A stretch of DNA of 41,924 nucleotides from Macrostomum lignano (GCA_002269645.1 NIVC01004562.1:1-41924), one strand, 5' to 3'; numbered from the stretch's first letter, positions 1-11,540 are shown. The notes: generated by a model not told the origin, from the sequence alone. Numbers and translations: made by a program.

Positions 1-1624
1 CAATGAAAACACAGCCTCTTATAAATCAGTCATTCACCTTTGGCCAATAGACTCAAAGCTTTCCCCCCCTAGCCATGCCTGTTCTGCAGTAGATGAGCGG
101 CCAAGCTCCTGGATTAATTCAGTGCGTCTCCCTGTCCCCAAGCTTGTCCCAGGTCTCCCCCTGCTCCCCCATTGCTTTTTGTGTACACAGGGACATACAA
201 AGCGTACGCGCGTGACCCTCCTAGTTGGCACCCCAGAACTGTACTCCATCAGCCAACAGCAGATCTGCTTGGCGGTTTTACTTCGGCTTAACCGCTGCCC
301 TTCAACCCTCCCCGTCTCACCGCCGCCCCACCCGCGCCGCTTTTAGTTTCCTCCGGCCTCGCCACCTTTTCTTGTCTCTTCCCCTTGGCCCAAATTTGTC
401 TCTCAGTCTTTCATCTCTCGCCCCCCTCTATTTCTCTCTTATCTCGACCTTCTATCTCCAATTTCCTTGCTCACACAGGCGTTGGCGGCATTCACTAGCC
501 AAAGTTCCCATCGCTTCCACCCTCTCCCACTTCTCTATCCCAGCCTCCCAAATTTCATTCCGATTCTACCGCCTCTCTTCTCGGGCCCTACCGCATTAGC
601 CTAGTTCTAACTGGTGCAGTCCGTGCCTGGTTTATTATTATTGAGTCGGCTAGCTAGACTAAATCTGCTGTTTAAGGTTTCGCTGAAATTATGGAAATAT
701 TTTGAATTAATATAATATATATTTCAATAAGCTATACTGTATTAATTCTCTTCTCCCTTTATAATGCATGCTTCACTATCATTATTTAAAATTTGCCTAG
801 AGCTTTACAAACGCGAGAAGAGTGATGGGGGGAGTACAGAAATATTGAATGGTGGACGGATAAGGCTGTTAACGAGATGTCTCGTCTTATTTCTACATTG
901 TTCGGGATAGGCCATGCGGTGCGCTTGCCCTGTAGAACAGCAAGAAGCAATGTGACAGGCCAGGCGGCAGTGGTGGAGAAGCATGAACTGCCCGCCCCCA
1001 CTCGATTGGAAGCTCTGCTGGATGCTTCCTGCTTGCAGTTGGCGTGTGTGTTCGTCTCACTAGGATAGAGTCGGAACGAAGCTGGGAACGCACTGGGGAG
1101 CTCTCGATTGAGATGCTTATGAACTGGTCCAGTCTGAGGCTACTGCAGTTTTTTGGTCGCAGTTGTGAGGAGGAGAGAATAGGGAAGAACTTAAGAGAGA
1201 GAAAGGAACGAGGAATAGATGATGGGGAGCTTTGCTCTAATTACTGCTGCCCTACTTGTGGTGCACTGTTTCCTAGTCGTTTCTAGCCGCCAGCCGTGCC
1301 TCCCTGCCTCTCCTTCCTCTGCTCTAGTTAATTTTGAGTTTCTCCTCCGGCCAGTCGCGGCATGTCAGTCTTGTGCCGTCCAGCCAACCTATTCAAACAG
1401 GAACGAAGCGTCCAATCTAACTTCAGTCTGTGTTTGCTTATGAGTAGGCTAATACCTGCCTACCGGTTCGGTTCCTAAATTTTGTAGTTTTTTGTAAGAA
1501 ACCGCAACCATAGCGTAATTAGCGGGCTTCCGTGTACCCCTTATGTTGGTATCCGATTTCCGATTTCTATCATAGCTGCGTTGGAAGTTTCCCTGTCCTC
1601 CAAAGATATTTTACTGCCTTTACT

Positions 1625-2215
1625 CTAATCCTTGAGATCACCCTCTACTCGCTTGCGAATCACCCTCTACTCCCTTAAGAATCACCCTCTACTCCCTTAA
1701 GAATCACCCTCTACTCCTTAAGAATCACCCTCTACTCCCTTGAAATCACCGTTTACTTCCTTGAGATCACACTCTACTCGCTTGAGAACCCCCCCCCCCC
1801 TACTTCTTTGGGAAACACCCTCTACTTTGAGAATCACCGCTACTCGCTTGAGAAGCACCCTCTACTCGCTTGAGAAGCACCCTCTACTCGCTTGAGAATC
1901 ACCCTCTACTCCCTTGAGATCACCCTCTACTCGCTTGCGAATCACCATCTACTCCCTTAAGATCACCCTCTACTCCCTTAAGAATCACCCTCTACTCCCT
2001 TGAAATCACCGTTTACTTCCTTGAGATCACACTCTACTCGCTTGAGAACCCCCCCTACTTCTTTGAGAAACACCCTCTACTTTGAGAATCACCGCTACTC
2101 GCTTGAAAAGCACCCTCTACTCGCTTGAGAAGCACCCTCTACTCGCTTGAGAAGCACCCTCTACTCGCTTGAGAATCACCCTCTACTCGCTTTAGAATCA
2201 GTATCTACTCATCAG
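1625..2215. repeat. Minisatellite, ~21-22 bp unit (GAGAATCACCCTCTACTCGCTT), with an internal block duplication
   Basis: Direct reading of tandem CACCCTCTACTC cores; the block at ~1640-1900 recurs at ~1900-2150. Confidence 0.9.
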
Positions 2216-4301
2216 AAACTCGCCCTCTGGCCTCTACTTTTCTCAATGAAGAATCCCACTATATTTCCGAGAGAATGGCTCTCTACTCTACAAAAAACCC
2301 CCAACTTCTCATTCGCTATTGAAGCTCCTGCACTGTTAGATATTGAATTTAGAGTTCAACCAACCCAGCCTATGGGAGCGTGGGAGCGTGAAAAACTGTC
2401 AACTGCTGCTGCTGCTGTCGCTGCGAATCGCGCGTGTCTTTGCTTCGTTTTTTAGCCCCTGTTTTCCTCCCATCGCAGGATTTCTCCCCGGCTATAATCC
2501 TCTTCCATCCATACTGTTCCTCTTGCGCCGCTAATATCTTGTCGTCCTCGTCGTCGTATGAAATCTTTTCCCTTCCTTCCCATTCTCTCTCTCTCTCGAT
2601 CGACCCGGCCCGACCCGAGTCTCTCAGAAATGACGGGTTGCGTTTAGTCGAAATTGGGTTCGAGAAAGGAGCGAGAGGGAGAGAAAGTGAAGGATAGAAG
2701 ATTTCGCTCGACTACTCGCTGCATTTGCTGTTACTGAGAAAACATACTAGGCACAGGGAGTGTCAAGGATCCGCATTATTTATCCCCTACTATCCTCTCG
2801 GTTCGTTCGTGCCGCAGTGCCTAGGCTTTGGGTTTGCTTGCCGGCTTAATAAAGCTTCGAAAAGTCTCCGGGAGCAGATGAGAGGGAGAGAGAGCAAGAG
2901 AGATTTCTGCCCTGTCTTGTCGCGTCGCGTCTCTCTGTCCAAGTGTAATTATTTTGGCACGTATATCTTTGAGAGTGTGAATATAGTTGGCTAGTCTATA
3001 TATATTTATCTTATAGGTTTGCATATTTATACATGTGACACAAGTAAACGAATGAAGAATTAATAGTTGAGCTCTGGTTCATGGTGCTGTAGTGGAGTAG
3101 CAGCTTTGAGATATTCAATGATCTAATTCAAGGTCAATTAACATGTACAAATTTTTATTTTTATTTAGCACTATTCGTTAGAGAAAAAGCCGAGAACAAT
3201 TGACATTTAATGTTTTCTCCAAGGACTTCTCAAGTAAAAGGACCGGAAATTACGTTTCTTAAAGAATGTTTTTGAGGTTGGTTTTCGCCGAAAAATATAC
3301 TGCGGAGATAGGAACTATTTTCATTTTTTCAGCACAAAAATTCTTATTGCATTCGATAGGAGGCAGACCCAATGTTCATCTTTTGATACGACGTGCCCTT
3401 TTTATAGCTCTATTGATATTCGTTTAGAAAAATAGGATTCTATGTTTTTTTTCTACGTACATTTCCTTGTACCTGAAAATCAAAGAAATGCATGGCACAG
3501 CTCGAATCTTTGGTTTTATGAATCTATTTTATCATCTATGTTACACATTGTTACACAGTCAGCTAAGAACGTTAATTAACCATTTCAATGGTTTTTAGGC
3601 ACAGGACATATGTAATTGTACGTAGAATAAAAAAATCACATATAATCCTAGCTTTTTTTAACGAAAAGCTTTATAAATCTGAAAACAGCCATCAAACTAG
3701 GGGCCAGCAATTCCCGTGATCACACTGCTTGAGGCGTATATGGTTCGTCCCTGTGCATTAATCCAGTCACGTGACTTTGATAGCTCTCAGTTGATGTCGG
3801 TGTGAAATAGCCTTTAGTATCCAAGTATGTCACAATCATTTTTGAGGCTTTCCTTTTAACTGGCAAATGTCTTTTTTAGGGTTTTTGTGTCATAACGTGT
3901 ATCATGACGCCAAATTAATTTTGGCATACAAATTTCTGAATTTGAGCTCTGTAATTTATATTTCATTTGAAGCATCATTAATATCGTTTCAGTCTCGAGA
4001 TTGAGAAGTATCGTCGCTAAATGCTGCGGACCGCAATCTAAAACGGGCTGAATCGAACTGTTTGCATTTATTTGTCTAGCTGTTTTAACAGCGACAGTCG
4101 TATCCCTGTTAATGTCATAATTTACACATAAGTGTTTTCGTGTTCAAATATACAAGTTTTTGAGTCTTGATATTGATTTTATGTTCCTTTAAGAGACTGT
4201 GTTATTTTTTTTAAACTGTTACAATTCCCAAGCTATAGATAGCTTGTCTCGTTATTGAGTACCTTCGTATGTTAGAGTAGTTAGACTTTGGCCTAAAATA
4301 G

Positions 4302-6152
4302 CAAAGTATAAAGTAGATCCTTTACACTGCCATGGCAGAGTAGAAAGTAGATCCTTTACACTGCAATGGCAGAGTAGAAAGTAGATCCTTTACACTGCCA
4401 TGGCAGAGTAGAAAGTAGATCCTTTACACTGCCATAGGAGAGTAGAAAGTAGATCCTTTACACTGCCATGGCAGAGTAGAAAGTAGATCCTTTACACTGC
4501 CATGGCAGAGTAGAAAGTAGATCCTTTACACTGCAATGGCAGAGTAGAAAGTAGATCCTTTACACTGCCATGGCAGAGTAGAAAGTAGATCCTTTACACT
4601 GCCATGGGAGAGTAGAAAGTAGATCCTTTACACTGCCATAGGAGAGTAGAAAGTAGATCCTTTACACTGCCATAGGAGAGTAGAAAGTAGATCCTTTACA
4701 CTGGCATGGCAGAGTAGAAAGTAGATCCTTTACACTGCCATAGGAGAGTAGAAAGTAGATCCTTTACACTGGCATGGCAGAGTAGAAAGTAGATCCTTTA
4801 CACTGGCATGGCAGAGTAGAAAGTAGATCCTTTACACTGGCATGGCAGAGTAGAAAGTAGATCCTTTACACTGGCATGGCAGAGTAGAAAGTAGATCCTT
4901 TACACTGCAATGGGAGAGTAGAAAGTAGATCCTTTACACTGCAATGGGAGAGTAGAAAGTAGATCCTTTACACTGCCATAAGAGAGTAGAAAGTAGATCC
5001 TTTACACTGCAATGGGAGAGTAGAAAGTAGATCCTTTACACTGCGATTGGGGGTGGAATTATGACTTCAGTCCTGGAACTTTTATGACGCACAGTGTAAG
5101 TCTTTTACACTGCCATGGGAGAGTAGAAAGTAGATCCTTTACACTGCAATGGGAGAGTAGAAAGTAGATCCTTTACACTGCCATGGGAGAGTAGAAAGTA
5201 GATACTTTACACTGCCATGGGAGAGTAGAAAGTAGATACTTTACACTGCAATGGGAGAGTAGAAAGTAGATCCTTTACACTGCCATAGGAGAGTAGAAAG
5301 TAGATCCTTTACACTGCCATAGGAGAGTAGAAAGTAGATCCTTTACACTGGCATGGCAGAGTAGAAAGTAGATCCTTTACACTGCCATAGGAGAGTAGAA
5401 AGTAGATCCTTTACACTGGCATGGCAGAGTAGAAAGTAGATCCTTTACACTGGCATGGCAGAGTAGAAAGTAGATCCTTTACACTGGCATGGCAGAGTAG
5501 AAAGTAGATCCTTTACACTGGCATGGCAGAGTAGAAAGTAGATCCTTTACACTGCAATGGGAGAGTAGAAAGTAGATCCTTTACACTGCAATGGGAGAGT
5601 AGAAAGTAGATCCTTTACACTGCCATAAGAGAGTAGAAAGTAGATCCTTTACACTGCAATGGGAGAGTAGAAAGTAGATCCTTTACACTGCGATTGGGGG
5701 TGGAATTATGACTTCAGTCCTGGAACTTTTATGACGCACAGTGTAAGTCTTTTACACTGCCATGGGAGAGTAGAAAGTAGATCCTTTACACTGCAATGGG
5801 AGAGTAGAAAGTAGATCCTTTACACTGCCATGGGAGAGTAGAAAGTAGATACTTTACACTGCCATGGGAGAGTAGAAAGTAGATACTTTACACTGCAATG
5901 GGAGAGTAGAAAGTAGATCCTTTACACTGCGATTGGGGGTGGAATTATGACTTCAGTCCTGGAACTTTTGACACACAGTGTAAGTCTTTTACACTGCCAT
6001 GGGAGAGTAGAAAGTAGATCCTTTACACTGAAATGGGAGAGTAGAAAGTAGATCCTTTACACTGAAATGGGAGAGTAGAAAGTAGATCCTTTACACTGAC
6101 ATGGGAGAGTAGAAAGTTCATCCTTTACACTGACATGGCAGAGTAGAAAGTA
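4302..6152. repeat. 34-bp satellite (AGAGTAGAAAGTAGATCCTTTACACTGCCATGGC), ~50 copies, interrupted three times by a ~69-bp variant unit
   Basis: Invariant core with variation confined to a few bases after ACACTG. Variant units start at ~5041, ~5688 and ~5927 (offsets 647 = 17x34+69 and 239 = 5x34+69). Confidence 0.97.
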
Positions 6153-6162
6153 GGCCCATCGC

Positions 6163-6170
6163 TATAAATA
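6163..6170 (+). promoter_or_regulatory. Candidate TATA box (TATAAATA) for the methyltransferase gene
   Basis: Consensus TATAAATA lies immediately after the satellite and ~40 bp before an in-frame ATG at 6209. Position and motif only. Confidence 0.3.
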
Positions 6171-6271
6171 AGTAGAATTGAAAGTAGAACCGTTGCTGTC
6201 AATTCTCAATGAAGTGGATCCGTCGCCTTAAAAATGAGCCGAACTCCCAATGACAGCTGAATGATTTCGCA

Positions 6272-9200
6272 TTGCTGCTACCCGCATTCGGTTATCCGCC
6301 CATCGCGGGCTACCAGCCGATGCCTGGCCGGCTCGGCCAGCAACTGCTTCATCATCAGCATCATCTTCATCATTCCATGCTGGCTCAACAGCCTGGCGCT
6401 GTTGGAGTCCAGACGGCAGCCCAGTCGGCAATGGTTAGCGGCACAGGCGAAATCGATAAGAAAGGCGAGCCGTACTGCAAAGCTGTGTACGCTGTTGCGG
6501 AGCGCTATTTGAAACACATGTCGCCTGAACAGCGCGAAGATATGCGCAAATTATTCAATTCGTGGAAGAATGCACCAGATAAGCTTGACGTTAGTTTCAT
6601 GTACAAATTAAGCGGTTGGCGCGCCGTCTACACATTGAATCTGTTTCGCAGTCGAATTCAGACAGTTTGGTTCTCGTTGAAACAGTTGCTATCCAGCCAG
6701 AGCGGTATTGGGCCGCAGTTGGCCGAGATTTTGAATCGCACCCAGCGTATTGTCAGCATCGGCTGCGGCCCTGGTCCTTGCATAGCCTCCATCCTTATCG
6801 CACTCCGAGACTACGTCGGATTCACCAAGTACGTTAAGCTGATTGGCATCGACCAGTTCATTGGCTGGGGCCCGTATGTCACTTCGATGAATAGCGTTGA
6901 AGAGGCCGGTGCCAGTAGTGTCGAATTCTGGCACGAACGAGTAGAAGAGGCCACTATAGATTCGCTGCCAAATGCGGATGTGGCTATAATGTCTTACACT
7001 GACGCAGCTATTCATACGCCAAAGTTCTGGGAGACGATGCGCATGAAATTTGCTTTCATCCTGGTGCTAGACCAGCGCAAAGGCGCTCTGTCACGCGAGT
7101 TGCAGCGCCAAGGATTCGGCCACTTCGAATACGAGTTCAAGGGTAGCAAGCGAGTGTTTTATTACATTAATCCGTTTGGCGAGTTTCTTAAGCTGGCTCA
7201 CGGAGCCGGTGGCGGCGGCGCCCGCGGAACATTCGATGGAGCCGGTGGCTTGCGGGCAGGCGGAGCTGACGACGACGACGACGACAATGATTCTTCCGTG
7301 TTTGACGACGACAGCTCTCTGTCGACATCGTCGTCTTGCTCCGGCTCGTCCTATTCGTCAGATGAAGAAGAAGATAACGCAGCTTCTGCCGCTCTAGAAG
7401 ATTCTGAAACGGTTGCTCGCGAAGTTGAACAGGTTGTGACGTTCCTGCTCGACAAAACCGAGGAGTCGCTGCTGCTTGGCCGCGACGAATCGATACGTCC
7501 GCACGCCGTCACCCCGGAGGAGATCGCCCTAGCCGCGGCGGTTGTCCGCCAGGCGGAGGCGCACGATCGAACAATTGATAAGCGGCGAGTTGTTGAAAAC
7601 ACCATTGACGTGTCGCTAGAACTGGAGGCCATCATCACCAAGGAGCTCGTGGCCGCTGTTGAAAGTATGAACGCGTCGGCTGCTGCCGCCGAAAACAGCA
7701 AATCGTCTTCTTCATCGACCAAGTCCAAGAAGCAGCACCGACAGTCCCGTCGAAGTCGCCAATCCAAGACAATGTTGGCGACCACAGTGGAGTTGGACGA
7801 AGACGAGCTGTCGACGCTGAACGACGCCAACAGTTCGAGCGACGCTACCATAGTCGACAAGAAGTCCTCAACTCAACAGTCTGCGCCGACATCATCGACG
7901 CCTGGTCGGCCAGCTGCACCAGCGCCGGTGTTTGTGTCGGTGCCAATCTCGCAGATCGCCGAACTGGAACAGGTTCGCCGTATCGAACAGGAACTCGGCC
8001 TGCCGTCGGTGCCAAAACGTAAAGTTGAAAATCTCAATCTGTCGCGCAATCGGCACAGAGCCCAGCTGAATAAGACTCAGCAGGACCAGCTAGTCAAAGC
8101 GCTACTACGCGACATGGGCGAAGATCCCGACGAGGCTGCCGCCGGACAAGGCAGCGGCAGCTCTAGTAGCAGCGACGACGAAGAAGAAGAAGAGAACGAG
8201 AATGTCAACGAGCTGTGCGACGCTGATATTGAGGAGAAGTACTTTCCAAAGCTTGACAAATCGGCTGCTGGTAGCGGCGCAAAGGCCGCTTCTTCAGCAG
8301 CAGCAGCTACAATATCAACAACTACAGCAGTCTCGGTGTCGCAGCCGACCCAGTCGAAACCAACGCTGGCACCGACACCGATGAATAAAGTCGGCGTCAG
8401 CGCTGCAGCGACAGCCGGCGGCGGCAGCGAACGAGTCCTATCGGTGAAGATGCCGGAGTGGGCGCAGTCTCTCATCCACAGCTGGTCAGGCGAGTCGTCT
8501 GGCCACATTCTCAGCGCTTCTCGCCGACCCGGCGCCGGCGGCAATAAATCTGCCTGTATTATCAACCTGACTGGCGGCCCGATGCCGCCTATTGGAGCAG
8601 TCGGTCCCAGCAGGCCGATGCAAAATCAGCAGCAGCAGCAACAGCAATGGCGCAGTCCAGCGCCTAATAATAATCCCCAACGCCAACCGGCTCCATTGGT
8701 GCATTCGCCTGGCGGGCCGATTTCAACTGGCTATCAGCAGCGCCCAGTCATGGCCCCGCCGACTATGCCACCTCGGCCTTCGCTTGCGCAGGGCTATCAG
8801 CATCAGGGCCAAGCTGCGGAGCCGCCAAGCCAAGTCGCTGGCTATCCAGCCAAGCCCGCTGCCGCCGCCGCAGCCTCCGCGCCTTTGTCGGCAGCCGCCG
8901 CCAGACGGATGACTGAAGACGAGCGAATCCTTGAAGAGGAGACCCAGAAATTTCTCGAACGGATGGGCGTTATTAAACCGAGCGGAGGCGGCGGCAGCAG
9001 CGGTGGCAGTCGGGAACGCGACAGGGACCGGGACCGAAATCGAGATCGGGATCCGGACTATGGGCGCGGTCGGGATAGAGATCGATTTAGTCGCCGGCGG
9101 CAACTGTCCTCGCAGCGACGCTCGCCGCCCCGATCCCCGCCTCGATCCCCGTCTCGGTCGCCGTCTGAATCACCGAAGCAGCAAAAGCAGCAGAGGGTGC

Positions 9201-9937
9201 CGCGATCGCCGCCTCGATCGCCCAGGTCGCCGCCTTCGTCGCCGAAGCGACGTCGACAATCGTCGCCGCCGCCGCCGCCGCCGAAGTCTTCGCCACAGCG
9301 GCAGCAGCCTCTGGCAGCCGCTACGGCTGCCACGGTGTCGCCAGTGGCCAGACAGACCAGTCTGGTCTCTGTTGTCGTTGCAGCCGATGCCGGTTCTGGC
9401 GGCGGCTCCGTGTCGAATTCTTCGTCGACGTTGAAGCGATCGTCCCGACAGCGGCAAGCCAGCGCCAGCAGCGGCAGCAGTAAACGGCAGAAACTGCCGA
9501 AGCCTTCCCCCGAGAGTAGCCGAGATCAGGTCAAGGACAAACGACGGTCGGCCGAACTCAAGAAGGAACGCGATAAAGAGAAAGAAAAAGAAAAGGAAAA
9601 AGAGAAAAAGAAGCGACACGAACAACGCCAGCTTGAGGAGAAAAAGAAGAAGAAAAAGCATCACCAGCATCATCATCATCATCACCGCGGCAGTGCCGAG
9701 AAGGACAAGCGACAGTCCTCAAAGTCGGTTAAAACAAAGGACAAAGGCAGCGCCAACAACAGGATCGACTCGCCCGACCTGCGGGCACTCGAGGATCTGG
9801 AATTTGTTAGCGAAGATTCTGATCTTGAGCAGTTGAACTATGCTCACCAGCTGGCTGCAGAAGCGGCGGCTAAAAAGCAACAGCAGCAGGTTCTTAACGG
9901 AACCAGCGATAATAAGCGAATCAAATCAAAGCGATAA
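6272..9937 (+). CDS. Class I SAM-dependent methyltransferase domain protein with long intrinsically disordered tail (~1,205-1,220 aa, single exon)
   Basis: 3.67-kb uninterrupted GC-rich ORF. Motif I RIVSIGCGPG (~6746-6775), acidic post-I strand KLIGID, motif IV-like ADVAIMSY; domain spans ~6470-7190. It is followed by acidic/Ser, Pro/Gln, RD/RS-SP, KE, poly-K and poly-H tracts. First ATG in the open frame is 6320 (MPGRLG); the true start is uncertain. AATAAA at 9982. Confidence 0.85.
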   Translation: MLLPAFGYPPIAGYQPMPGRLGQQLLHHQHHLHHSMLAQQPGAVGVQTAAQSAMVSGTGEIDKKGEPYCKAVYAVAERYLKHMSPEQREDMRKLFNSWKNAPDKLDVSFMYKLSGWRAVYTLNLFRSRIQTVWFSLKQLLSSQSGIGPQLAEILNRTQRIVSIGCGPGPCIASILIALRDYVGFTKYVKLIGIDQFIGWGPYVTSMNSVEEAGASSVEFWHERVEEATIDSLPNADVAIMSYTDAAIHTPKFWETMRMKFAFILVLDQRKGALSRELQRQGFGHFEYEFKGSKRVFYYINPFGEFLKLAHGAGGGGARGTFDGAGGLRAGGADDDDDDNDSSVFDDDSSLSTSSSCSGSSYSSDEEEDNAASAALEDSETVAREVEQVVTFLLDKTEESLLLGRDESIRPHAVTPEEIALAAAVVRQAEAHDRTIDKRRVVENTIDVSLELEAIITKELVAAVESMNASAAAAENSKSSSSSTKSKKQHRQSRRSRQSKTMLATTVELDEDELSTLNDANSSSDATIVDKKSSTQQSAPTSSTPGRPAAPAPVFVSVPISQIAELEQVRRIEQELGLPSVPKRKVENLNLSRNRHRAQLNKTQQDQLVKALLRDMGEDPDEAAAGQGSGSSSSSDDEEEEENENVNELCDADIEEKYFPKLDKSAAGSGAKAASSAAAATISTTTAVSVSQPTQSKPTLAPTPMNKVGVSAAATAGGGSERVLSVKMPEWAQSLIHSWSGESSGHILSASRRPGAGGNKSACIINLTGGPMPPIGAVGPSRPMQNQQQQQQQWRSPAPNNNPQRQPAPLVHSPGGPISTGYQQRPVMAPPTMPPRPSLAQGYQHQGQAAEPPSQVAGYPAKPAAAAAASAPLSAAAARRMTEDERILEEETQKFLERMGVIKPSGGGGSSGGSRERDRDRDRNRDRDPDYGRGRDRDRFSRRRQLSSQRRSPPRSPPRSPSRSPSESPKQQKQQRVPRSPPRSPRSPPSSPKRRRQSSPPPPPPKSSPQRQQPLAAATAATVSPVARQTSLVSVVVAADAGSGGGSVSNSSSTLKRSSRQRQASASSGSSKRQKLPKPSPESSRDQVKDKRRSAELKKERDKEKEKEKEKEKKKRHEQRQLEEKKKKKKHHQHHHHHHRGSAEKDKRQSSKSVKTKDKGSANNRIDSPDLRALEDLEFVSEDSDLEQLNYAHQLAAEAAAKKQQQQVLNGTSDNKRIKSKR

Positions 9938-9977
9938 AATCAACATTTCAAAATGCATTGATGACAGCGACCTGGCT

Positions 9978-9987
9978 ATTAAATAAA
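9978..9987 (+). terminator. Polyadenylation signal (overlapping ATTAAA/AATAAA)
   Basis: Lies ~45 bp after the TAA stop at 9937. Confidence 0.55.
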
Positions 9988-10387
9988 AAAACACAAATGC
10001 CTACTCTTTGAAATATGCATTTACTCGCGCATTCATGCCTACCAAAAACTCTTAATAAGCGCTTTTACATGCGTCTGTGCGTATGTGTCTATCACCGGTG
10101 CTTCATTCAAGCGTCATGTAATAATTATTATTTTAACAAGGTTATTTAGGGAAAATCATATATGGTCGTATTATATAGTTGCTGTGTATCGCAGATACCA
10201 GAATAACTACTAGATGTTGTCCCTCGCAATTAAAGCTGTCGAAAGTAGTTGCGTCTACTCTTTTTTCAGTAGTTTGTCTGCGCAGTGTCACTAAAATTTC
10301 AAGTGGCAGCTAAAATTTGCGGCCTCAAGAACATATGTGGTTAAGAACAAGCTTTTAATTCGGTGTACACAAGTAAACACAAAACGA

Positions 10388-10615
10388 ACTAAACTCAGTC
10401 TGGGGGCAGGCCTAATCTGGCTCAGCCAATGGGAGAGCAGTAAGGAGAGAGGTCGAAGTCAGACACACGAAACTCAGTCTAGGCCTAGGGGGAAGGCCCA
10501 ATTTAGCTCAGCCAATGGGAGAGCAGTAAGGAGAGAGGTCGGTCGAAACTTAGCCTAGGGGGTAGGCTCAACCTTGCTCAGCCAATAGGAGAGCATTACT
10601 CGTAAGGAGAGAGAT
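10388..10615. repeat. Three degenerate ~70-80 bp tandem units sharing GCTCAGCCAATRGGAGAGCA...TAAGGAGAGAG
   Basis: Core seen at ~10421, ~10506 and ~10576. Confidence 0.7.
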
Positions 10616-11449
10616 CAAAAGTTAGACACAATCGGGCAAGAGAGAAGCCAAGAAAGGCCTGGCTAGGGGCCGCCATCCCTTTTCTCTCTTGCTCGCTATG
10701 CATACACTGGGTTTGGATTTTTATTTCTTTCATTTCTTTGTTAAGAATTTTCGGGTCTGATGCTGGGAGTCGGTAAAACAAGATGAAGATGCTAATCTAA
10801 TGGTTCCGCTTGCAGAAAGCCAGAGACAATTTAAAAAAAACTTGAAAAAAAATCTTTTATAATGTAATCATTTTTTCTCATATAGGCAAAAACGCTATTT
10901 TGCTACTGAAAACAGAGTAGATAAGCGCATTTTGCAAGTGACATCTATCAATAGTTATTCTAGTATCTGTGATATGTATCGAATTCTTTTGTTGCAAAAA
11001 GGTTTCTTTAAAAAGACAAAAAAATTCTATAACAGATAACCCTTTCAATTTCCCATTTTGTCTAAGTTACAAAATCACAATATGTGTTGCTTTGTGTAGA
11101 TACACAACTCCTAACTTCATTAAAACAATTTTTAGATTTCAAAATGTGTTTGTTTAAAGCTTTGATTGCCTTTCATATTGCGATAATTGATGGTATTTTT
11201 TATTATACAGTGTTCGATTCGAATATATGTTCTCTCTGTTTATATTGTGTCTCTTAAAGTCCTATTGCAGTCTGCTAGCTCTACTGAGACTGGGGTAACC
11301 CTCAGTACAAACTACAAAGGCTGTATACTTACTATGTAAGCCAGGACCCAGTTTATTTTCAGCAAAATTAATATGCGGTTTAGTTACATTGGATGAGAAC
11401 TTGTGTATAGATTACCTTGTCCTTTGGATTCACTCAGTACTAGCTTCTG

Positions 11450-11540
11450 CCTGTCTGTGCCTGTCTGTCTTTGAGGTCTGTCTTAGTGTCTTAGTGTCTT
11501 AGTGTCTGTCTGTCTGTCTGTCTACATGTCTGTCAGTCAG
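11450..11540. repeat. (TGTC)n/(TTAGTGTC)n microsatellite
   Basis: Direct reading. Confidence 0.8.

Noticed and set aside
1-1450. Several 60-125 aa ORFs and GC-rich patches, possibly retroelement debris
   Set aside because: I found no RT, gag, integrase or recombinase motif in any frame I read, so the region cannot be classified without a database search.
4302-6152. CRISPR-like array (34-bp repeats with occasional intervening sequence)
   Set aside because: Monomers are contiguous with no unique spacers, the three interruptions are near-identical to each other, there are no cas genes, and the context is eukaryotic.
6228-9836. Many overlapping and antisense ORFs (6689, 7351, 8077, 8723, 8931, 9170 and others)
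   Set aside because: Shadow frames of the GC-rich, low-complexity main ORF; no independent domains.
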